A stretch of 64,000 nt of DNA from contig CAVSMN010000012.1 of NCBI GenBank assembly GCA_963729045.1, positions 64,001-128,000 of the forward strand, written 5' to 3'. Source of the DNA: an uncultured Nitrososphaeraceae archaeon. Its GTDB lineage: Archaea > Thermoproteota > Nitrososphaeria > Nitrososphaerales > Nitrososphaeraceae. Below are positions 55,926 through 64,000 of this stretch, piece after piece. The position numbers and the translations under genes are program-made. Under the pieces are notes generated by a model. The model saw nothing but the letters and a program-made list of their open reading frames with translations, did no database searches and was not told the DNA's origin. Every line of letters starts with the position of its first letter. The first letter of the stretch is position 1.

Positions 55926-56936
55926 GTGTCAAAATCATCAGAAATTAGAACAAAATTAAGCATTCAAGCTTCGCATGAGCAAATTAATCCTATTGACTTG
56001 TTAGATGATGTGATATATCTAGATAAAAAGGGGATAAAACGTTGTTGGACTAGCGATCATTATATGCCTTGGTGGAATACAGGAGCTTCAGGAGGGGCTG
56101 CATGGCCTTGGATGGGAGCTGCATTAGCAAAAACTACAAAATTGGTAATCGGAACCGGAGTAACAGCTCCTATCCTAAGATACCATCCTGCAATTGTTGC
56201 ACAAGTATTTGCAACATTGGCTTATATGTTTCCAAAAAGAGTGTTTTTAGGAATAGGAAGAGGAGAAGCATTAAACGAAGTGCCTTCTGGAAATGTTTGG
56301 CCAACAAATAAAGAAAAACTAAAGCGTTTAAAAGAATCCATTAAACTAATAAAAAAATTATGGTCAGAAGATTGGGTTAATTTTAGTGGAGAATTTTATT
56401 CGGTTAAAGATTCTAATTTATATACTAAACCCAATTATCCAATTCCAATATATATTGCTGGTCTAGGTATACAATCAGCTCAATTAGCCGGTGAAGAAGG
56501 AAATGGATTTGTCACTAACGAATTAGACATAAACAAGATAAAAGATTCCCTATTACCGGCGGTAAAAAAAGGATGTTTTAAATCAGGAAAAGACTATGAG
56601 AAACTAGAAAAGATATTATTTATTCCTGCTTCATATGATGAAAATAAACAAAAGGCATTAGAATCGATTAGATTTTGGAGAGGATCTATGATTAAAGCGT
56701 TCTTTGACGTTGATGTACATGATCCAAGAAAGATTGAAGAAAATGGTCAGGTTATTGATGATGATTCTCTGGAAAAAAAATTATTTGTTATATCTGATGA
56801 GGAAGAAGGAATCAAGAAACTACAAAAATATGTAGACATTGGATTTACTGAAATTGTATTTACTAATTCTAGTCCTGACAGAAAGAAATTTGTAGATATG
56901 TTACCAAAAATATCTAATATTATAAACTATCAGTAA
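55926..56936 (+). CDS. F420-dependent LLM-class oxidoreductase (G6PDH-like family)
   Basis: SHEQ, SDHYMPW, GTGVTAPILRYHPAIVAQ and GRGEALNE. Confidence 0.9.
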   Translation: MSKSSEIRTKLSIQASHEQINPIDLLDDVIYLDKKGIKRCWTSDHYMPWWNTGASGGAAWPWMGAALAKTTKLVIGTGVTAPILRYHPAIVAQVFATLAYMFPKRVFLGIGRGEALNEVPSGNVWPTNKEKLKRLKESIKLIKKLWSEDWVNFSGEFYSVKDSNLYTKPNYPIPIYIAGLGIQSAQLAGEEGNGFVTNELDINKIKDSLLPAVKKGCFKSGKDYEKLEKILFIPASYDENKQKALESIRFWRGSMIKAFFDVDVHDPRKIEENGQVIDDDSLEKKLFVISDEEEGIKKLQKYVDIGFTEIVFTNSSPDRKKFVDMLPKISNIINYQ

Positions 56937-57255
56937 GCATTTCATCTAATTATATTACTTTAAATGTATCCTTTAATCAAAATTCTATAATATGAATCTA
57001 GAATCAATTAATACATGAATTTTACTAAAAGGATTCTTTTGACTTTCAATTTGCATATAATGGAAAAATAAAAATCAGCAAGCTTGTTAATTATTATAAT
57101 ATTTAGCCTTATCATTTTCTATTACGTTTACAAAAAGCATTTTTTAATACTCTTTTACCATTATCTTATTATATTCTCGAATATGTGAGGTCTATATCCC
57201 TTTATCCTCTGCGTGTTCTAATATCTATTTAAAGTTTACAGTACAATAGATATCA

Positions 57256-57459
57256 GTGAACAAGATTAACTTTATTATGTTTTTATGTATTGGGATAGGT
57301 ATAATCGCATCAACTAACATAGTGATGACATTTGCAATAGCCCAAGAAAATATATCAAAGGAAATGCCCAATGCTCCGAAGGGAATGAAGAATATGTCAA
57401 TGTCGGTAAATGATATAAGAAATGCAACTATCGGAATGGACAACTCGCCATTTAGCTGA
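57256..57459 (+). CDS. Small secreted Met-rich protein
   Basis: Hydrophobic N-terminus ending FAIAQ, then a Met/Asn-rich tail. Confidence 0.45.
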   Translation: MNKINFIMFLCIGIGIIASTNIVMTFAIAQENISKEMPNAPKGMKNMSMSVNDIRNATIGMDNSPFS

Positions 57460-57829
57460 AAAAAGAATATTTCAAAAATTTAATAATAAAATTAGTAACC
57501 TTTGTATTAGTTAGTTTAGAAAGACATTCTCAATTTGCCAGTATACTGATAATTATTACAAGGAGATAATTTAATTAGTTTGCATTAGTTGTTTAAAAAA
57601 ATAAATATTGTTTCATTTCAAAATAGTTAATGGAAGCATGATAGGTCATATTGGATATTTCTATTGGCTATTCTTTAATTCAATATATTGCAATTACAGT
57701 AAATCGTATCTTAAGATGATTTGGAATATTTAAAAGCGTTTGATTTCTAATTTCATGAGGATTAAATTACCACATGAAGGTAATAAAAGTCAATACAAAT
57801 TCACACAACTTTTCAAGGAAAAGGAAAAT

Positions 57830-58102
57830 CTACTTCGTTGTATTTTGCCTCATTTCAGATACTATTGAATGATTATAAGTATCTGAAGTAGTATTAGTAA
57901 GACAATTTACCATTGACACATTTATACCCATATCCGGAGTACATTTATACATCGTAGTTTGACCTTCAACAGGATTCTGATATGAAAAGTCGATAACATT
58001 TAATGTTACGGATACAAAAAATAGAATCAAACTTACTTTGAGAATTTGAGGATTGGTGAATTCGATTTTTGGGTGAGATCTATACTCTTGATTTTTAACC
58101 AT
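57830..58102 (-). CDS. Small exported protein with two Cys
   Basis: Signal/TM segment, then VEGQTTMYKCTPDMGINVSMVNC. Confidence 0.5.
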   Translation of the reverse strand: MVKNQEYRSHPKIEFTNPQILKVSLILFFVSVTLNVIDFSYQNPVEGQTTMYKCTPDMGINVSMVNCLTNTTSDTYNHSIVSEMRQNTTK

Positions 58103-58465
58103 GGATAAAATATGTATAACAAAGTATTTTAATTACGATAGAGTAAATCACTAGAATACTCAACAGTTAGAATCATGAGACTTAGCAGACAAACGAACCT
58201 ATTCTAATATTTGTACTCTTCATTTGAGGGGTTAAAATTGATAATAACATATTCTTATAGATACAGTTCAAAAGTCTACGATATTAAAAATGGAACAATG
58301 TTAGACATACTTTTGAGAAACTTACCTTTCATGGCAAGTATCCCTCTATCTGATTGAAAAATAAAATTGAATTAATTCTAGCAAGTCCGTATTATACATA
58401 CAATCATACAAATCGAAAAACAAATCGAATTCGTGAATTCTCTAATTGTCCATGATTTTTAACTC

Positions 58466-60940
58466 TTGTTGACATTAATAACATGGCGCCATAAAACTTT
58501 GTTAAATCCTGATGATAAAAGAGATACGGTTGAGCAATTGAATGATTCGGCTAAAAGTCCAGAATCATCAAACATATTTGATTCCTATCGGTCTGTTACA
58601 AACTTCAATGATAAATTGAGTCAAGAAAAAGAAGAACGAACGAATATTCATGAATTCCAAATAATACAGGGTGAGGAAAAGGTAAAAAGAGTCCTTGATC
58701 ATATTACAACAAACTGCAAAAGTGGACTCTTACTTTATGGGACAAAAAATTTACTTTCTGTTATCTTGGAAATACCATCATACCGAGAATTATTCACAGT
58801 TTTAAAAAACAGCAATGTAAATATAAAATTGTTAACAGAAATAACAGCCGACAATTTGGAATACTGTAAACAATTTATGAAAGACTTTGATGCTGAAATT
58901 CGACATTTAAAAGAGATAAGAGGCAATTTTGCTGTATCTAGTGAATTATATATTGCAATTAATAAGTTGGAAGAAAAAAAACCAATTATTGAATTAATAC
59001 GTAGTAATAGTAAAGATGTTGTCGAACAGAATCTCTACATATTTGATACTCTTTGGAAAAATGCAATACCTGTAGGGCAAAAAATGCAACAATTTGAGGA
59101 GAATCTCTCACTTCCCGAACCTTATTCTATAGAAAATACCACCAATATCCTTAATTATGTTATAGATTTAGTTCATAATGTTAAGGCCGGTCTTTCAAGT
59201 TGTACTTCGCAAGGCTACTTTAAAGTATTAGATCAAAATGAAAAACTTTTTCATGCATACTCTAAACTACTTTCCAAACATAAAGAAGGAAAAGTAAAGA
59301 CAGGAATTAGATGGATAACACACTTGGAGGACAAGAAAGAAGACCTTGATTTGATAAAAAAATTTCTAGATATGGGTATCAAAATAAGACATACTAACAA
59401 TCTACCCCCGTTAAACTTTCTATTATCGGAAATACAGTTTGCTAGTACTGTAGAAAACGGTGATAACAAAAAGATGTTTGAAAAACTTCTTCATACCGCT
59501 GAGCCTCTCTATATCGAACATTTCCAGACGATCTTTGAGGAACTGTGGAAGAATTCAATAGATGCACATGAACGAATCGATCAAATAGAGAAAGGGATTG
59601 GCTCAGAAACTACAAAATTAATTGATAATCCTTCTCAGACTAAAATGCTGTTGCTAAATACCATAGAAAATGCAAAACAGGAAATATTGATGATCTTTCC
59701 GTCCATTAATGCAGTAAAGAGAAAAAACAACATAGGTGTAATAGATATAATTAAACAAAAAAGCCAGAAGGACGTTAAGGTTAAAGTCTTGTCACCAATC
59801 GATAGTGAGGTTAAAAAGGTCTTGATGTATCTGTCGGATGATATCAATAATCGAGATTCACCTTATATTGTCAGAGAAATCGCAAAACAGAAAGACTTTA
59901 AACGAACCATATTACTAGTAGATAGAAAATATTTTCTAGCTATAGAACCTAGGGACGATTCAAAAGACGCCTTTGAACAGGCCACCGCTGTATCTACATA
60001 TTCTACAAGCCAACCCACAGTATACTCCTACATCTCTATCTTTGAAAGCCTTTGGGAACAAACAGAGATGGCGAATAATTTAAGGACAGCAAATGAAAAA
60101 CTAATTGAAAGTGAAGAAACAGAGCGAGAGTTTATTAATGTCGCCGCACATGAACTTCGAACTCCTACACAAGCCATTACAGGATATTCTGAAATAAATG
60201 ATGAAATATTTAAAATTTTGTTAAATGATGAAAATGTGACTAAACAGGTTGAATTGAAACAAATTCTTGATAGTCTTCACAATCATCACGTAAGCATTTC
60301 TAGAAACGCAGAGAGGTTAGATAATTTGATAAACAATCTATTAGATGTTGCACGGATAGATTCTAGTCAGAAAAACATGATAATACTGCATAAGAAAGAA
60401 TTTGATCTCATTAGTGAAATAAAAGATATTGTTAAGAACCAATTGAATCAAAAATTAAAAGTCAAAAACATCAAAATAAGTTTTGCTAATGACACCTTGG
60501 ATGAAACTTGTTATATCTATGCTGATAAATCTAGATTAGATCAGATATTGATTAACCTTCTAGAGAATGCTATCAAGTTTTCTGCCACGGATGGCTCTAT
60601 AGATATCAAGGTCCAAGAAAATATCTCTGAAATAATTAAGAAAGGAGAAAACACGAGAACTAATAATTCTTCTGAGAATTTAAAATCTACCTCTGTAGAC
60701 AAAGAAGATAAGAGAGAAATATATATTTCCGTATCTGATTCTGGTAAAGGCATTTCTTCCATCATGTTACCTAGACTATTTCAAAAGTTTTTTACAGATT
60801 CTAACTATGGAACCGGTCTTGGACTGTATATTACCAAAAAATTAGTTGAGGCCATGGGAGGTAGAATATGGGCGTTTAATAATAATGACGGAATTGGCTC
60901 TACTTTTGTATTTAGTTTACCTGTGACAGATACAAAATAA
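58466..60940 (+). CDS. Soluble sensor histidine kinase with repeated N-terminal input domains
   Basis: AAHELRTP, NLLENAIKF, DSGKG and GTGLGL; no TM helix. Confidence 0.92.
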   Translation: MLTLITWRHKTLLNPDDKRDTVEQLNDSAKSPESSNIFDSYRSVTNFNDKLSQEKEERTNIHEFQIIQGEEKVKRVLDHITTNCKSGLLLYGTKNLLSVILEIPSYRELFTVLKNSNVNIKLLTEITADNLEYCKQFMKDFDAEIRHLKEIRGNFAVSSELYIAINKLEEKKPIIELIRSNSKDVVEQNLYIFDTLWKNAIPVGQKMQQFEENLSLPEPYSIENTTNILNYVIDLVHNVKAGLSSCTSQGYFKVLDQNEKLFHAYSKLLSKHKEGKVKTGIRWITHLEDKKEDLDLIKKFLDMGIKIRHTNNLPPLNFLLSEIQFASTVENGDNKKMFEKLLHTAEPLYIEHFQTIFEELWKNSIDAHERIDQIEKGIGSETTKLIDNPSQTKMLLLNTIENAKQEILMIFPSINAVKRKNNIGVIDIIKQKSQKDVKVKVLSPIDSEVKKVLMYLSDDINNRDSPYIVREIAKQKDFKRTILLVDRKYFLAIEPRDDSKDAFEQATAVSTYSTSQPTVYSYISIFESLWEQTEMANNLRTANEKLIESEETEREFINVAAHELRTPTQAITGYSEINDEIFKILLNDENVTKQVELKQILDSLHNHHVSISRNAERLDNLINNLLDVARIDSSQKNMIILHKKEFDLISEIKDIVKNQLNQKLKVKNIKISFANDTLDETCYIYADKSRLDQILINLLENAIKFSATDGSIDIKVQENISEIIKKGENTRTNNSSENLKSTSVDKEDKREIYISVSDSGKGISSIMLPRLFQKFFTDSNYGTGLGLYITKKLVEAMGGRIWAFNNNDGIGSTFVFSLPVTDTK

Positions 60941-61212
60941 TTCGATGGAATAAAAATATCCTAAATAAAATGATCAAAATCATCATCCTATATATTTTGT
61001 GCTAATTTTTATACCTTTAATCTAATACTTTATGGAATTCTAATTCAAAATTGATTCCGCAAATGATTATTTTAGAAGCGGGTTACCAATATCGAAGGTA
61101 CGCAAAAGTTCTGTCTTATTCCTTTTATGGTGTTAATAGACTTTGAAAATTACAAACTTTTGTCCTTTGCAAGTAATATAACCCATTATTAGTTCCCAAA
61201 TGTATCGATATT

Positions 61213-62432
61213 CTAACTTGCTAATCTTCTTTGAGCGATTTCCATCGATACCTTTTGTTTTTCTAATATGTTTTCGTAAATTAAACAATGTTGTCTTGCT
61301 ATAGTATTCCAATCGATATTGTGTCTAAATTCTTTGACATTTAGTTCAAAACTTTCATAGTTTTTTTCCAGTTCAACAAATGCTTTTTCAAAAGAACGAG
61401 GCTTTCCTATTTGATACTATACCTAGGTTCAATTCTGAAAACTCCTTGAAAAAACCCAGGTTAGAAGAGATAAAGGGTTTTCCGTGACCTAACCCATCAA
61501 ACATTATGCCTGAACCAGAAGAAACTTTGTAAGGTAGAAATACTGCGTCGCAAGAAAAAAATAATAGTGATAGTTCTTCCTCTGAAAGATATTGCTTGCT
61601 TAGGTTAATGATTTGATTATTAATTTTGCTATTCTTTAAATCTAAACCAGCATTTTCTGTATTATAAAAATTTTTAGAATAATTAACAATTAGTTTCCAA
61701 TTCATTGGCATCTTCATATTTTTTATTATATCCCATCCCTTTGTGGATGTAAAGAAGCCTTGTGCTAATGCTAGTCTTCCTTGTGGAGGTAATCCTAGTT
61801 TTTCCCTTGCATCTTTCTGCGTAATACCAATAGTAGTTGGCCAGGGGTCTGAGCCATGATATATTAAGATTGGTTCCGGGTATCAAAGTCTTCATATAAT
61901 TAGAAAGTACTATTCCATATGCACTTTTTGACATTATTTGTTTATTTATTCGATGCAATGATGGATAATTAATAAGTTGTTTCCAAATTTTGTAAAAAAC
62001 ATGCAGTCTTAGTATATCTTTACTATTGCTTTCTTTTGTATTTAGTAATTGCATCCATTGTTTGAAATACATTGAAGTATGAAACGTAGTAACAATTGGG
62101 ATAGTACATTTATCATAAAATTTATCCAACCATGTGCTGGTTTTAGGAGGAAACAATGGATTAAGATAAAAGCCATATAGTCCATGCTCATGTTGAATAT
62201 GTACTATATCTGGATTGTACTCTTGTATTATATTTAGGAGTAACTCGGAATTTTGCTTATTATGTGGAGATAATCCATGGTAGTCTCCAGAACCATGAGA
62301 ATCAGACACAACTTTAACATCTAAATTATTTGAACGTAAAGATTTTACCAAGTTGCAAGTGTAGCGACCAACACCACCATGCATGGGAGGGTATTCAGTG
62401 CTAACCATTAAAATTTTTAAATTTGGGTGCAA
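61213..62432 (-). CDS. Glycosyltransferase family 4 (frameshifts near 61865 and 61390)
   Basis: EYPPMHGGVGRY, HIQHEHGLY, TTFH, FLPY and GKPFISS; corrected end FRHNIDWNTIARQH...RLAS*. Confidence 0.85.
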
Positions 62433-62733
62433 TATTTAATGCAATTATTAATGTGTATAATAGTTAAAATACATCTAACATATACTTTTTCTTATGATTA
62501 TTAATTAGTCCTATACGATGTTTATTATTGTTCCTGAACATGGTATGTGATAATTTACCAAAAAAAATCATTACGAAAATTTAAATTAATTATTTCTCAT
62601 AGATCTTAAAAACTAGAGTTCTCGAAATAGATAAGATTTCTATTTTCTATATTATGCTGTCTATTATTGACTTAAATGACTTTAATTGATCCTTAAATAC
62701 ATTGTTAAACAATAACAGTTATGTAAAACTAAA

Positions 62734-62919
62734 GTGACAATAAAAAAATACAGTAGTGAGGAATTCTAAACAAGTGCTGATGAAGTTGAAGACACACTTG
62801 AAGAAACAGGAGATAAAATTAAAGCAGGTGCAAAAGCTGTCGGAAATAAAATAAAAGATCCCAATAGAGATTTAGATACTGAATACGATAAAGAAAAGTT
62901 AAAGGAAAATCTCAATTAA
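62734..62919 (+). CDS. Small hydrophilic LEA/CsbD-like protein with in-frame TAA at 62767 (error or pseudogene); not in ORF track
   Basis: GTG-TIKKYSSEEF*TSADEVEDTLEETGDKIKAGAKAVGNKIKDPNRDLDTEYDKEKLKENLN*. Confidence 0.5.
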
Positions 62920-63324
62920 TTACAAGTTTTCTATTTATTATTCAAATTCATTTATTTACTAGTCACTAGGCTATTTTTCCTATATCTTGTATGTTAAAAA
63001 TACCGGGAAAAAGTTAGGAATATCCTGGTTAGCCAAGAGTAAATAATCAAGGTCAATATGTCTCCGATTCAAGATAACTATATTCAACATGAGAAATATT
63101 TGGTTCCTTCGTAAATGTATTACTTGAGTATGATGAAGTAATAAAATTATTATTGCATGGGATAGGATGAGCAACCCTGAGAATGGTTCTCATAACCTTT
63201 GCGTCCCAATTGGTCACAAAACGATGTCTTTTCTGTGAGGAATTAGGTTTTGGCCTATTTGGGTAAGCATTGCGACTTTTTCCTTTATATCACCTATTTA
63301 TAGTTTGAACAATAGATCTTTACA

Positions 63325-63765
63325 ATGTCTAAAATAAATATATCGTTATTTGGAATTGTGATTGCAACTATATTTTCAATGACTCTTGGTTTACAATCAG
63401 CCAATGCCGAACCCATGACTATGGATATTAATAAAGCTAAAGATCCTGGTCCTGGATTTGGTACAGAAAAGATAGGGACACTCTCAATCGATACCCAAAA
63501 TAAAACATTAGATATTTCAGTAAATATGACTGCAACGCCTAAACAGGATAAAGTCTTTGAAGCATGGCTGGTTGACGCAGACGGATCTAACTACAAGTTA
63601 AGCTTAGGTTCACTTGATGGAAATAGCTTGAAAGTCTCAGATAACATGGTAAATCCTTATACCTATACACAATTTATTATAACTGAAGAACCAGTTGATG
63701 ATGTTGACCCTAATGCAGCAGGTACATATGGTGGAGCTGAATTACAGGCACCATTCGGACAATAA
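63325..63765 (+). CDS. Secreted protein with anti-sigma-K (RskA) C-terminal-like domain
   Basis: Signal peptide ending ANA-E; VFEAWLVD...LSLG and IITEEP motifs; oligo-T after the stop. Confidence 0.7.
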   Translation: MSKINISLFGIVIATIFSMTLGLQSANAEPMTMDINKAKDPGPGFGTEKIGTLSIDTQNKTLDISVNMTATPKQDKVFEAWLVDADGSNYKLSLGSLDGNSLKVSDNMVNPYTYTQFIITEEPVDDVDPNAAGTYGGAELQAPFGQ

Positions 63766-64000
63766 TACCTTTTTTTCTTTTTAGACCTATTAGTTAATCA
63801 TGATCAACCATGAGCATTTATGTACTAAATTTTGATAGAGCATGTCGACTGTTAGTATATGAAACACCTACAAATATTGCTTAAGTGTTAATGGCACCAA
63901 TAAATCAAGTAATATGCACAAAGCATTGCCGAACAAATAGAAGCCAAGCGTTTGAATATTTGAATTACCGCCCTTGGGAAAATAGATATAACCGATCCTT

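Noticed and set aside
17776..60765. Numerous antisense or overlapping ORFs (e.g. 17776-18294, 21918-22361, 24472-24858, 31036-31626, 39920-40174, 51617-52069)
   Set aside because: Shadow frames of well-supported genes on the opposite strand, with no recognisable motifs.
1..64000. CRISPR array or rRNA
   Set aside because: No regularly spaced short repeats with unique spacers, and no long GC-rich structured RNA beyond the single tRNA.

Overview
AT-rich archaeal chromosome segment from an ammonia-oxidising archaeon (Nitrososphaerota; gene content and style resemble Ca. Nitrosocosmicus, which is an inference). It has three zones. (1) About 1.8-9.6 kb is an apparently integrated mobile element bounded by a perfect 25-bp direct repeat (1766-1790 and 9546-9570). 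It carries a tyrosine integrase, a wHTH plus Rep_trans-like (rolling-circle initiator/relaxase) gene, an IS6-like transposase relic and three secreted cargo proteins. (2) About 9.6-39.9 kb is core genome: NUDIX, a B12-radical SAM enzyme (GDGT ring synthase-like), FNR, peroxiredoxin and thioredoxin, tRNA-Leu(GAG), rpoN-eno-rps2-MEMO-mvk-ipk-fni-GGPPS-gltX-FAH, geranylgeranyl reductase, the 11-subunit complex I operon nuoABCDHIJKMLN, and UDG. (3) About 39.9-64 kb is an accessory stress and signalling region: TFB, ilvA, SDR, CorA, a ferritin-like protein, a Rieske-FAD oxidoreductase, two related soluble histidine kinases, an F420-LLM oxidoreductase, a GT4 and many small secreted or acidic proteins. 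Many genes, including essential ones, are split by single-base insertions that most likely are uncorrected long-read errors, so split genes are reported as single reconstructed CDS. No CRISPR array or rRNA was seen. All family calls are by motif recognition; no database search was run.
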